Positions 12,686 to 25,472 of a stretch of 64,000 nucleotides of DNA are shown in pieces. Source of the DNA: Eledone cirrhosa (Eukaryota). Positions within the stretch are counted from its first letter, which is position 1; each line of letters begins with the position of its first letter. The position numbers were made by a program, and so were the translations under genes. The DNA lies in contig OZ024754.1 in assembly GCA_964016885.1 (NCBI GenBank), positions 9,548,001 through 9,612,000 of the forward strand, read 5' to 3'. The notes beneath the pieces are model-generated. The model did no database searches. It was given only the letters and a program-made list of their open reading frames with translations, and had not been told where the DNA came from.

Positions 12686-13933
12686 ATTGCTAACAATCCA
12701 CCGCCTAATGCTAACAATCCACCGCCTATTGCTAACAATCCACCGCCTATTGCTAACAATCCACCGCCTATTGCTAACAATCCACCGCCTATTGCTAACA
12801 ATCCACCGCCTATTGCTAACAATCCACCGCCTATTGCTAACAATCCACCGCCTAATGCTAACAATCCACCGCCTATTGCTAACAATCCACCGCCTATTGC
12901 TAACAATCCACCGCCTATTGCTAACAATACACCGCCTAATACTAACAATCCACCGCCTATTGCTAACAATCCACCGCCTATTGCTAACAATCCACCGCCT
13001 ATTGCTAACAATCCACCGCCTATTGCTAACAATCCACCGCCTAATGCTAACAATCCACCGCCTATTGCTAACAATCCACCGCCTAATGCTAACAATCCAC
13101 CGCCTATTGCTAACAATCCACCGCCTATTGCTAACAATCCACCGCCTATTGCTAACAATCCACCGCCTAATGCTAACAATCCACCGCCTATTGCTAACAA
13201 TCCACCGACTATTGCTAACAATCCACCGCCTAATGCTAACAATCCACCGCCTATTGCTAACAATCCACCGCCTAATGCTAACAATCCACCGCCTATTGCT
13301 AACAATCCACCGCCTATTGCTAACAATCCACCGCCTATTGCTAACAATCCACTGCCTAATGCTAACAATCCACCGCCTATTGCTAACAATCCACCACCTA
13401 TTGCTAACAATCCACCCCCTATTGCTAACAATCCACCGCCTATTGCTAACAATCCACCGCCTAATGCTAACAATCCACCGCCTATTGCTAACAATCCACC
13501 GCCTAATGCTAACAATCCACCGCCTATTGCTAACAATCCACCGCCTATTGCTAACAATCCACCGCCTATTGCTAACAATCCACCGCCTAATGCTAACAAT
13601 CCACCGCCTATTGCTAACAATCCACCGACTATTGCTAACAATCCACCGCCTAATGCTAACAATCCACCGCCTATTGCTAACAATCCACCGCCTAATGCTA
13701 ACAATCCACCGCCTATTGCTAACAATCCACCGCCTATTGCTAACAATCCACCGCCTATTGCTAACAATCCACTGCCTAATGCTAACAATCCACCGCCTAT
13801 TGCTAACAATCCACCACCTATTGCTAACAATCCACCCCCTATTGCTAACAATCCACCGCCTATTGCTAACAATCCACCGCCTAATGCTAACAATCCACCG
13901 CCTATTGCTAACAATCCACCGCCTATTGCTAAC
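12675..13933. repeat. 21-bp minisatellite, about 60 units, with a 420-bp higher-order duplication
   Basis: ccaccgcctattgctaacaat; rare variants recur at 13201/13621, 13351/13771 and 13391/13811. Confidence 0.95.
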
Positions 13934-14096
13934 ATCATAATCTAAGATAGCTTCACTTGTTTCCTTCCTTACTCTAAAAGAAAGATCTTCTTTTGACTTG
14001 TTGAAGCAATTCAAAACCAAATATTTATCATCCATTAATGAAGTGAAGTTTCTAAATTGTATCTTATAAAAGACTAAGATTTTAATATAAACAACA

Positions 14097-15310
14097 TCTT
14101 CTTCTTCTTCTCCCACTTATTCCCGAGAGAGTCATGGGGTCAGAGTCCTCAGACACTCCTTCCAGCAGGTCCTGTCAGAAGCAACCATCTCCAACTGATC
14201 CAGCTGGATCCCCAAATGAGATCAAGTGAGCTTGTGTATATTATCCAACCATCTCCTCATTCTTCCTCCTCCTTCTCTCTGAGAGGGTCGTGGAAGCAGA
14301 AACACTCCTCAGACACTCCTTCCAGTGGGTCATGTCAGAAGCAATCGTCTCCAATCTCTCTGAGAGGGTCGTGGAAGCAGAAACACTCCTCAGACACTCC
14401 TTCCAGTGGGTCATGTCAGAAGCAATCGTCTCCAATCTCTCTGAGAGGGTCGTGGAAGCAGAAACACTCCTCAGACACTCCTTCCAGTGGGTCATGTCAG
14501 AAGCAATCGTCTCCAATCTCTCTGAGAGGGTCGTGGAAGCAGAAACACTCCTCAGACACTCCTTCCAGTGGGTCATGTCAGAAGCAATCGTCTCCAATCT
14601 CTCTGAGAGGGTCGTGGAAGCAGAAACACTCCTCAGACACTCCTTCCAGTGGGTCATGTCAGAAGCAATCGTCTCCAATCTCTCTGAGAGGGTAGTGGAA
14701 GCAGAAACACTCCTCAGACACTCCTTCCAGTGGGTCATGTCAGAAGCAATCGTCTCCAATCTCTCTGAGAGGGTCGTGGAAGCAGAAACACTCCTCAGAC
14801 ACTCCTTCCAGTGGGTCATGTCAGAAGCAATCGTCTCCAATCTCTCTGAGAGGGTCGTGGAAGCAGAAACACTCCTCAGACACTCCTTCCAGTGGGTCAT
14901 GTCAGAAGCAATCGTCTCCAATCTCTCTGAGAGGGTCGTGGAAGCAGAAACACTCCTCTGACACTCCTTCCAGTGGGTCACGTCAGAAGCAATCGTCTCC
15001 AATTCATACGACTGGATCCCCACGCGAGACCAGCCAAATTCATGGATGTTACCCAGCCATCTTGCTCAGAGTCTGGCCCCTGGGTCTCTTAACAGTTGGT
15101 TCAGCCCATAAAATCTGTCCAGCAATTCTGTCTTGAGACATTCTAACCTCATGTCCATAGTATTGGAGCTTTGATCTCTCATTTCGGAGAAGTAGCAGCT
15201 GTACCTGGAGTGACTCTCTGATCTCCGAGTTACGCACTTTATCAAGTAACATTACTCCAAAGACCCTTCGGAGGAATCCCATTTCGACTGCTTGTATTCG
15301 CAATCGTATT
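14097..15310 (-). mobile_element. RTE-like LINE 3' region with 9 x 81-bp tandem array (14278-15003)
   Basis: RIQAVEMGFLRRVFG...DKVRNSEIRE...YYGH...KRPRG; in-frame 27-aa repeat; (GAA)n tail. Confidence 0.85.
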
Positions 15311-15589
15311 CTTAAACTCTATATTAAGAAATAAATATTACATTAAACAACTGTGTCAGAGACATGACAACCTCCCCTTAGTAGCATGATAATGCACAAC
15401 ATGGTAGTTCACAGGATGAGACATGAGATGTGAGCTGCTGCCTCTTCTAGCACTTGGCAGGGTACAGGAATGCAAGCGAGATGCAGACTTAGGTCTCATT
15501 GTGTGGGTCTATATAGCTCTGTTTTGAGTACCAACACAGTCTGGTGACAGTCCAACCCTTGCTAGCAGGGAAAGAAGACATTAAATGAA

Positions 15590-15635
15590 GGTGATGATGA
15601 TGATGAGGAAGGGGGGTGTGATGATGACGATGACA

Positions 15636-15693
<58 letters not shown>

Positions 15694-15710
15694 GGAAGAG
15701 GAGGAGGATA
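15590..15710. repeat. (GAT)n microsatellite / RTE-type tail
   Basis: Seen directly. Confidence 0.85.
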
Positions 15711-15837
15711 CAGTGTTAGCTATTAATTTAATCAGCCTAAGTAAAAGATTGATTATTACTCATTGTAAATCACCAAAAACAAAGCTGAAAAGGATGTAGG
15801 ACTCTGGAGCCTTAAGGACAACTTCTCTAGTCCTGTT

Positions 15838-16701
15838 ATGGCCGGTTTAAACAGAAAGAGGTGAGAGAATTCTGGCCAGATACAACCAGTTTAAACAGAA
15901 AGAGGTGAGAGAAAACTGGCCAGATATAATCGGTTTAAACAGAAAGAGGTGAGAGAAAACTGGCCAGATACAACCGGTTTAAACAGAAAGAGGTGAGAGA
16001 AAACTGGCCAGATATAATCGGTTTAAACAGAAAGAGGTGAGAGAATTCTGGCCAGATACAACCGGTTTAAACAGAAAGAGGTGAGAGAATTCTGGCCGGA
16101 TATAATCGGTTTAAACAGAAAGAGGTGAGAGAAAACTGGCCAGATATGGCTGGTTTAAACAGAAAGAGGTGAGAGAAAACTGGCCAGATATGGCTGGTTT
16201 AAAGAGAAAGAGGTGAGAGAATTCTGGCCGGATATGGCTGGTTTAAACAGAAAGAGGTGAGAGAAAACTGGCCAGATATGGCTGGTTTAAAGAGAAAGAG
16301 GTGAGAGAATTCTGGCCAGATACAACCAGTTTAAACAGAAAGAGGTGAGAGAATTCTGGCCGGATATGGCTGGTTTAAACAGAAAGAGGTGAGAGAAAAC
16401 TGGCTAGATATAACCGGTTTAAACAGAAAGAGGTGAGAGAATTCTGGCCAGATACAACCAGTTTAAACAGAAAGAGGTGAGAGAATTCTGGCCGGATATG
16501 GCTGGTTTAAACAGAAAGAGGTGAGAGAAAACTGGCCAGATATAACCGGTTTAAACAGAAAGAGGTGAGAGAATACTGGCCAGATATGTCTGGTTTAAAC
16601 AGAAAGAGGTGAGAGAATTCTGGCCAGATACAACCAGTTTAAACAGAAAGAGGTGAGCAAATTCTGGCCAGATATGGCTGGTTTAAATGCTAAAGGGTTA
16701 A
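15838..16701 (-). repeat. 44-bp minisatellite (19 units) inside the end of a TTAA-flanked piggyBac-like MITE
   Basis: gtttaaacagaaagaggtgagagaa..ctggccagata repeats; ends in GCTAAAGGG-TTAA. Confidence 0.9.
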
Positions 16702-17554
16702 AGCTGTAGCATTCCTTTGTTCCTACTCTGTATTTTTTCCTTAGCTGTACTCTTTACCAATAATCAGCATATAGCTGTTTATCATTGTCTTTCTTTCCAC
16801 TTCTATAACTCTATTTCTCTCATCATAGCCCCTATTCTCTCTTTTTTACCCTCTCTCTTGTCTATTGACCCCGTAAATCTTATATGGTTTTAGCAAACGA
16901 AGACAATAGAGAGTAGAAAGGATTATTTTATCTTGCCGAGGACTTGACAATAAAACCCTCAAAATTCTTTATTGATAATGAAATACAGTATACTTAATAA
17001 ACATTGACATTATATAAAAAGTATTGAGCAGTGGCTAATAAAAATAAGACACACTATTTAGATTAGCAGAATCGGCAGAGCATCGGACAAAATGCTTCGT
17101 GGTATTTAGTTACGTCCCTTTACGTTCTGAGTTCAAATCTTGCTGAGGTTAGCTTTGCCTTTCATCATCATCGGGGTCGATAAAATAAAGTACCACTAAT
17201 GCATATCCAGCCAGAATTCTCTCACCTCTTTCTGTTCAAACCAGCCATAACTGGTCACTCATACTGACGTCAAGGTATTGTTCTCAAAATAAATAACATC
17301 AAAATCTCGTAGATTCGATATTATGTGAGATGATTATGTAAGATAAAGCATTTACCACAAAAATACGATAGTATATATTAGAGTAATGCAAGTGCTAAAG
17401 GGTTAATCATTTTCCTCCTTCCCTTCAAATTGCGAGCCTTGTGCCAAATCTAGAAATAATTATTATAGGTAATATATAGGTAAATACAACTGTTATTGCT
17501 GAAATCTGCCCATATGGCACTGAGTAAACACCCTAAACCAAACACCAATCTGCA

Positions 17555-17770
17555 CTATCTAAGTACCGGTCGCTCTCCAACAGGTTTGGGGCCGTGCCCT
17601 TGGCAGTGGAGACTTCTGGTGTCCTTGACCCTAGGGCTACCTCCCTACTCACCACCATAGGCGCTGAGCTGGCCAGTTGCAGGAGTGAGCCTCGCGAGAT
17701 GGAATGGCTCTTTCGAAGCATCTCCCTTACCATCCTCCAGGGAAACGCCTTCTCCATTCTGTCCACCTGG
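17555..17770 (+). mobile_element. CRE-like RLE C-terminal fragment (third copy)
   Basis: PLAVETSGVLDPRATSLLTTIG...SISLTILQGNAFSIL. Confidence 0.75.
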
Positions 17771-18428
17771 GCTGTGGGGGGTGGCCAGCACGTGGGACCC
17801 CATTTTCTCACAATACAGAGGGATGGGGGAGGGGGTGAGAGAGATGGGGTGGGGGGGCAATGACGGTAGGAGTTTGACTCTTTCGTGTTCGGACACATTG
17901 CACCCGTCTTGTGGATCCTGTGATAATTTCATTTTTACTTGTCACGGTTATTTACAATATGTGTTTACTATCTGCTCTCATGACTCCTGCTAAAGAAACC
18001 TGTGGTCCACCTTCCAAATTCAGCAAACCAAATATATTATATCTCATACAAATATATGTTAGTTAAAATATTTTTGAGAATACGGGACTGAAAAACTGAC
18101 TACATAATGAAAATAAGTTACTGTAGTCATTCTGAATTCAAACATAGCAGGAGGTTTTGCCAAAGCTAATATAATGTATCTGATTAGGCATGCTTACATT
18201 TAGAATGAAGTAATTCTGCTTGCCTCAGCTTGTCTGGTTGACAGCAGGTTCCATTCCCACTTTACAGTTGACTGATTAATGGTAGGAAAGATATCCATCC
18301 AGCTGTGAAATCAACTATTCCAACAATATGCAAATATCCATATCTGCAAAAAAATATATAAATATTAAAAGCAAACCATCCTCACTTTGAAAACTAGAAG
18401 GAAAACTCACACACATTCAGACACACAA

Positions 18429-18471
<43 letters not shown>

Positions 18472-18989
18472 CGTGTGTGTGTATGTTTGTGTGTGCGCAT
18501 ATGTGTGTATGTATGAGTAGGTGTGTGTGAATGAGAATATGACAAATTCATAGAGATGAAAACACATCAAAAGCAGTGTGAAGTATTATCAAAGCAACAC
18601 AGATCAACAGCAAGGATGGAACAACGAGAGTTTTCAGAAATAATGAAAAAAAAAAAAAATGTTCTCTTCAAAACCATTAATGATTACCTTTATCCAAAAC
18701 AGGACAGAAAGAGCGAAGTGGATATAAATTTATACAATAATATAACATAAAAAAATACTTTTAAAAAAAAAGGAAAACATGTGTGTGTGTTGTGGTTATT
18801 GTTGTACTTGTAGTTGTTGTTATCTATCAATGGACTTTATGAATTTTTCAGGAGATGATGTCTATTATTGATGAAATCTTTAAAAATAATTTTATATATA
18901 TTCAAAGTTTTCATATAAACAAACATAAACCCACATAAACTTCATTCTGCTATGTGTCAGTATATATATATATATATGTGTGCGTGTGA

Positions 18990-19020
<31 letters not shown>

Positions 19021-19087
19021 TACATACACACACATATATATATATGCCTTTATATATATGTATATATATGTATGTATGTATATATGT

Positions 19088-19426
19088 ATATCATCATCAT
19101 CATCATTTCATTTTACGTCCGCTTTTCCCTGCTTGCAAGGGTGGGACGGGAACTGATTCTGGCTTGCTTTCTACAGCTGGAAGCCCTTCCTAACACCAAC
19201 CTCATTTACAGTGAGTACTGGGTGCTTTTTTGCCATGGCGCCTACACGTCCACTTTGCAGTGGAATGATAGGGATCCCAGTCCCTTTCATCTCATTTCTA
19301 CAGCTGAGTAAACTGGAGCAATGTGAAATAAAGTGTCTTGCTCAAGGAAACAACACATCACCCGGTCTGAGAATTGAACTCACAACCTATTGATTGCAAG
19401 GCCAATGCTCTAACCAATAAGCCTCC

Positions 19427-19427
<1 letters not shown>
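19088..19427 (-). mobile_element. CORE-type SINE with RTE-derived tail (type C); sister copies 27597-27945 (+) and 53016-53369 (+)
   Basis: tRNA-like head, CCTTGAGCAAGACACTTT core, tail shared with the RTE 3' end, (GAT)n. Confidence 0.85.
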
Positions 19428-19490
<63 letters not shown>

Positions 19491-19535
19491 TAAATTCAAA
19501 TATTAATCAAATAGATGTTCTTGTGATCAATTAAA

Positions 19536-19599
19536 TTTTATTATACATATTTCAGAGGTACTTGAATCAGGTTCAATAGTACGTCCTCATCAGATAAAA
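19536..19599 (-). ncRNA. Minimal type-I hammerhead ribozyme motif inside a 26-bp inverted repeat (19516-19640)
   Basis: Minus strand: ttttat-CTGATGA-ggacgtactattgaacctgattcaagtacctct-GAAA-tatgtat-A-ataaaa. Confidence 0.65.
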
Positions 19600-19694
19600 T
19601 AAAATGATAAAATGATAAAATTTAATTGATCACAAGAACAACCTTTTGATTGCAAGGCCAATGCTCTAACCACTAAGCCATGTGCCTCCATGTT

Positions 19695-20260
19695 ATGGCA
19701 TTTGATATAGACAACTGGGAGGAGATAGCTCTAAATAGTGCTGAGTGGAGATAAAGGGCAGTTGCATAACTTTTGAGGAATATCGTCTAGAATATAAACA
19801 ACTGAAGTGTCAGCTCTTGAAGGGTTGTGCTCACAGTCTAAATGAAGTTATCAGTAGTTGGACATGCAAGTTCTGTCAGCGTGTACCCCTCTTAAAGGCT
19901 GGTTATGTTAATCTCCTGAAGTTATATAAAAGGATAACTACCTGAAACACTACTCAACAAAGACCTGGTGAAACAACGTGGTGCATATGATATGCAACAA
20001 AGTGTGTAGAGCTAGTTCCGGACTAAAGAAACAAACACATGGTGGTACATAAAGATTGTGTCCCACAGGGTGACACCACCGGTCCCCTGTGGAAAGCACA
20101 ACTCTCTTCTTCTGACACCTGTTGTCGTAAACCATGCAGATCTACAGCTGGTCTACAAAGTTATCTACGAAGTCATGGATACAGATGTGATGATAACGAT
20201 GAATCAATAGCAGACGGCAATCGTCTGTGAAGACGCTGCAATCCTCATATAGTGAGGTAT
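19695..20260 (+). mobile_element. RTE/BovB-like LINE 3' end with degenerate C2H2 fingers
   Basis: IDNWEEIALNSAEWR; CKFCQR..KAGY; CMICNKVCRASSGLKK; PCRSTAGLQSYLRSH. Confidence 0.6.
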
Positions 20261-20399
20261 TCTTTGTGGACCAAGTTGTGTGAGTTACCATTCCAAATGG
20301 TAGAAAGAGTAGCACAAAAACTGGAATGTATGGAGGAGGGAAGTCAAAGTAAACCCTAGCAGCATTTGGACTGAGAACGTAAAGGGCTATAACTCTAAT

Positions 20400-20812
20400 A
20401 ATAATTGTTTCTACTTTTGGCACAAGGCCAGCAATTACCCCCCCCCCCCCATGCATTACTGGTACTTAATTTTATCGACCCCGTAAGGATGAAAGACAAA
20501 GTTAACCTTAGTGGGATTTGAACTCAGATCGTAAAGGGCCGTAATTCTATGCTGAAAAGCATGGCGTCCGACCCTCTACTGATACTGTCAATCCACCACC
20601 CTCGAGGATATAATAATAATAATTGTTTCTGCTTTTGGCACAAGGCCAGCAATTACCCAGTGTATTACTGGTACTTTATTTTATCAACCCCGTAAGGATG
20701 AAAGGCAAAGTTAACCTCGGCGGGATTTGAACTCAGAATAGCAAGGGCCGTAACTCTATGCGTCAAAGCATGGTGTCCGACCTTCTACCGATACTGCCAA
20801 TCCACCGCCCTT
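20400..20812 (-). mobile_element. Two adjacent Nin-domain SINEs; further copies at about 23210, 23683, 25510, 25765, 29668, 32815, 34718, 36057, 40612, 46553 and 46728
   Basis: Same ~190-bp consensus throughout. Confidence 0.85.
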
Positions 20813-21361
20813 TAATAATAATAATGAAAATTATTGTGTACATTGCTCAGGTGCACTACAACTCATCAAAGGTGCACATATAGTACATAGAATAATGTAC
20901 AAATGTCAGGAAAGTTAACAGTGTATCAGTCATGATATACAGACACACACACAACACACATGCGTGTGTGTGTGTGTGCGGTGTGTGTGGAAGGGGGGGG
21001 GGGGGGGGCATATTAGCTGTAGTGTTGACGAATTTCAGGAAGCATGGAAGGTTTGGTTAGTCGTAGATTGTGTGACACCATTTTGGAATGAAACAGAATT
21101 CTTTGAGGTCTCATAGAAAATATGTTGTCCCTTTTTACCAAATTCCAATTACAAATCAGAAAATAGAAATCTTCATGTATTCCCTGTTGACAGAATTTTA
21201 ACTATTCAAATATCAAAATATCTTTCAACAAGCTCACCTGAAATATGCTACTTAGTTCCAGCAGAAATCACAAGCATTCAACTATTGCTATTGTACATTG
21301 ATTGAGTATTCTCCGAAGATTGCAGCATTTCAGTTGAAAATTATTGAGGAACTACCTGAAG

Positions 21362-21718
21362 TCTTCATATAGATTTCACATCAAAGTTGTCTCACACACA
21401 CACAGACACACACAGACACACGCGTTCATATAGATTTCACATGAAAGTTGTCTCTCACACTCACAGACACATACATACACACACAGAGACACACACGGTC
21501 ATATAGATTTCACATCAAAGTTGTCTCACACACACACATACACACACAGACACACACAGACACACACGTTCATATAGATTTCACATGAAAGTTGTCTCAC
21601 ACACACACACACAGACACACACACACACACACACACACAGACACACATACACACACAGACACACACAGACACACACGTTCATATAGATTTCACACCAAAG
21701 TTGTCTCTCACACTCACA

Positions 21719-21764
<46 letters not shown>

Positions 21765-21804
21765 CATATAGATTTCACACCAAAGTTGTCTCTCACACTC
21801 ACAG

Positions 21805-21836
<32 letters not shown>

Positions 21837-21883
21837 ACACGTTCATATAGATTTCACACCAAAGTTGTCTCTCACACTCACAG

Positions 21884-21917
<34 letters not shown>

Positions 21918-22048
21918 ACACGTTCATATAGATTTCACATGAAAGTTGTCTCACACACACACACACAGACACACACACACACACACACACACAGACACAC
22001 ACGTTCATATAGATTTCACATCAAAGTTGTCTCACACAGACACACATG
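21362..22048. repeat. Compound array: constant ~31-bp motif separated by variable (CA)n/GACA tracts, 9 units
   Basis: gttcatatagatttcacaYcaaagttgtctc recurs. Confidence 0.9.
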
Positions 22049-22181
22049 CAAAACACTAAGCAATTTTACGATAAATCTATATCAAACACTCTTATATGAA
22101 GATATGTACTCATATATATGAAAATAAATATGTATACACATATATACATTTCCCCCCTCTCTCTCTCTTTCCCTATTTTGT

Positions 22182-22211
<30 letters not shown>

Positions 22212-22217
<6 letters not shown>

Positions 22218-22370
22218 TTATGTAATAAACAACATAAGATAATTATTTCATTTACCAGTGATAAATGAAATAATTATCTTATGTTGTTTATTACATAACT
22301 AATAAGCTCTGTAACCTACATAGAGCACTCTTTTTTCCTGGACCTTTCCAACAGAATCACTTCATTTATA
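22212..22370. mobile_element. Perfect 43-bp-arm hairpin plus tail, PLE-like relic in (TA)n
   Basis: Arms 22212-22254 / 22262-22304; sequence homologous to the reverse complement of 31500-31600. Confidence 0.7.
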
Positions 22371-22511
22371 TATATATATATTTACGTATTTATATAAGTG
22401 ATTGAAACTTTTATATGTTGATGACTTTTTCCTCAAGGCAACCATGTAATACCTGCAAGAATATTCTAGAGTACAAAAATCATCAGTGCACTAAATTTCA
22501 CTGACTTTCTT

Positions 22512-22737
22512 TAATCCTTTAGGATTTAAACCAGCTGTATCCGGCCAGAAATCTCTCACCCCTTTCTGTTTAAAGCAGCTGTAACCGGCCACTCATCGAA
22601 ATTAAGGTATTGTTATCAAAATAAATAATATCAAAAGCTCATAGATTCGATATTATATGAGATAATTATGTGAGGTAAAGCCTTTACCGCGAAAATACAA
22701 TCGTATATATAGAGTAATGTAAATGCTAAATGGTTAA
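22512..22737. mobile_element. Complete ~220-bp TTAA-flanked piggyBac-like MITE
   Basis: TTAA-tcctttagg ... gctaaatgg-TTAA; same family as 17200-17406, 45354-46355 and 56223-57260. Confidence 0.75.
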
Positions 22738-23904
22738 ACATTTCATTACCTCATTTTTAATGAAACAGTCTATAATTTTCAAGACATTTGAAGAGATTTA
22801 GTAAAATAATGTTCTTGTTATTTATCTGACCTATCGAACTAACTTAACAAAGGTTCTTAGATACAAGATGTTCAAAAATAAAAATTAATGATAAAATAAA
22901 AATATATTTTTTAAAATGAGGCCCCTGAGGTTGTGTGGCTCTAAGCCATATAGCTTATTTAGCTTTTATGTAAATCCAACACTGGGTTTTAGATAAATCT
23001 AAACACTTTAAAATAAACAGCTTTGTAAAACTAGGTGCAGCTTCAAGCTGTTTGCTATCAAAATAGTTAATATGAAATGAATAAATAAATACTTAGTCTG
23101 AGTCTTCAGAACAAACAATGGCTACACTACACAAAAATTCAATTGGATCTCTTGTAAATATCAATCTACAAGAGATTCCACTGCATTATTTTAACCAGGG
23201 CTTCCACTTAGGGAGGAGGATTGGCAGTATTGGTAGAGGGTTGGACGCCATGCTTTGCGGCATAGAGTTACGTCCCTTTGCGGTCTGAGTTCAAATCCTG
23301 CCAAGGTTAACTTTGCCTTTCATCCTTACGGGGTCGATAAAATAAAGTACCAGTAATGTACTGGAGTAATTGCTGGCCTTGTGCCAAAAAGTAGAAACAA
23401 TTATTTTAACCAGGGTTTCAGTTGCACTATGGAGGCACATGGCTTAATGGTAAGGGTGTTAGACATACAATCATAATGGAAAGGGTTCAATTGCTGGACT
23501 GAGTTGTGTGCTGTGTTCAATATAAACAGACCCGGAAGTAAAGCAATGTGAAATGAAGTGTTTTGCTCAAGAACACAACACACAACCCAGTTCAGGAATC
23601 AACATCACAAAATTATGATCTTAAATCCAACACTACTAAAAACATTCCACTCATGAGCTGCCATTATTTTAAACATACCATAGGGCAGTGGATTGGCAGT
23701 ATCGGCAGAGAGTCGGACGCCATGCTTTCCAGCATAGTTATGTCCCTTTATGGTCTGAGTTCAAATCCCGTCGAGTTTAACTTTGCCTTTCATCCTTACG
23801 GGGTCGATAAAATAAAGTACCAGTAATGTACTGGGTAATTGCTGGCCTTGTGACAAAAGTAGAAACAATTATTTTAAACATACCATCAATAAAAATGGCG
23901 GCCC

Positions 23905-24300
23905 ACTTTCTCTACCAAACCACCCCTCCCTCTACCAAACCCCCTTCTCCATCAACCCACCCCTATTTCTACCAACCCAACCCTCTCTCCACCAAACCAT
24001 CTTTCTACCAAACCAGCACAATCTCTACCAAGCCCTCCCTCTCTCTACCAAACCAGCCCTCTCTCTACCAACCCAACCCTCTCTCCACCAAACCATCTTT
24101 CTACCAAACCACCACAATCTCCACCAAACCATCACTCTTCCCACCAAGTCACCCTTCTCTCCCAACCAAACCAGCCCTCTCTCCACCAAACCACCACAAT
24201 CTCCACCCAACCCTCCCTATCTCTACCAAACCATCACTCTCCCCACCAAGTCACCCTTCTCTCCACCAAACCACCACTCTCTCCACCAAACCAATGTTAC
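23905..24300. repeat. Degenerate ctaccaaacc-based low-complexity repeat
   Basis: Seen directly. Confidence 0.8.
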
Positions 24301-24727
24301 TACTATCACCAATATCTAAACCATCATCTCTATACAGTCCACCAATATACAACAATCAGCCCCCCCCCCCCCCCCCCACACCTTCATCTGATAATCCATA
24401 AGTCTTCTACAGACCAGAGACAGGAGTAAGACAGTATGTTTGCTACACACTATTCATCATTTCTACAAAATTTCAAAACTAATTCTTGGGACAATGACAA
24501 AATGGATTTCCCTAAAAATAATAATAAAAAAAAAAAAAGATTTATGTCTAAAATGCCTTATTTAAAAAAAAAAAATTTAGTAGATTTTGGCACATCACTA
24601 TTCCAAGTAATGGAGGAATGGTTGTAGCAGACAAATGATGGAGGGAAGAGATTGGATTGATAAGAAACAACTACTAGAGACACTGATGTTAATAAGATGT
24701 ATGTCTATTAATCATAAAACAAAAGTG

Positions 24728-24729
<2 letters not shown>

Positions 24730-24783
<54 letters not shown>

Positions 24784-25157
24784 CTGTGTGTGTACGTGTA
24801 TGTTTGTATGTATGTGTGTGTTTGTGTGATTGTGTGTATGTGTGTGCATGCGCACGTGTGTGTTTGTGTGCATGTATGTTGTGTGTGTGTGTGCATGAAT
24901 GTGTGTGTGTGTATGTAGGTATGTATATATGTGTATGTGTGCATCTGTGTTTGTATGTCTGTGTGTGCGTGTGTGTGTATCTCTAAATCTGTGTGTGTGT
25001 GCATGTATGCCTGTGTCTGTGTGTGTGCATGTATGTATGTGTGTATGAGTGTGTATGTGTCTGTGTGTGTGAGAACGAAGGAAAGAATGAGAGAGAGAGA
25101 GAAAAGGAAAGAAAGAATGAGAGAGAGAGAGAGGAAGAATGAGAGAGAGCGAGAGAG

Positions 25158-25198
<41 letters not shown>

Positions 25199-25210
25199 GG
25201 GGGGGGGGGG
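24730..25210. repeat. (TG)n and (GA)n microsatellites
   Basis: Seen directly. Confidence 0.95.
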
Positions 25211-25441
25211 ATATGGTTTAGGAATAAGAAAAGCTAGAATCTCTAAGATCAGAAAATTGATCCAAATCTTCTCTCACTGCCATTTTCTGCTGCAGTTACT
25301 TATTGTTTTCAAGTCTAGTTATTCATCTTTCTCCAAATCTGACCTTTAATGGATCAATGTCAAATACCAAAAACCTAGTCTGCTGAACGAAGCAGAAAAA
25401 GCAAAAAAAAAAGGCAGAAAAAAAGCAAAAAAAAAAAGCAA

Positions 25442-25472
<31 letters not shown>

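Noticed and set aside
11588-14116. Long ORFs (Gly/Pro/His/Val-rich; GGLLAI repeats)
   Set aside because: Multi-frame read-through of a trinucleotide repeat and a SINE-junction minisatellite
14216-15023. 27-aa repeat protein
   Set aside because: Tandem copies of a LINE RT terminus, open in several frames
21362-22048. CRISPR-like constant repeat with variable spacers
   Set aside because: Spacers are only (CA)n length variants, the context is eukaryotic and there are no cas genes
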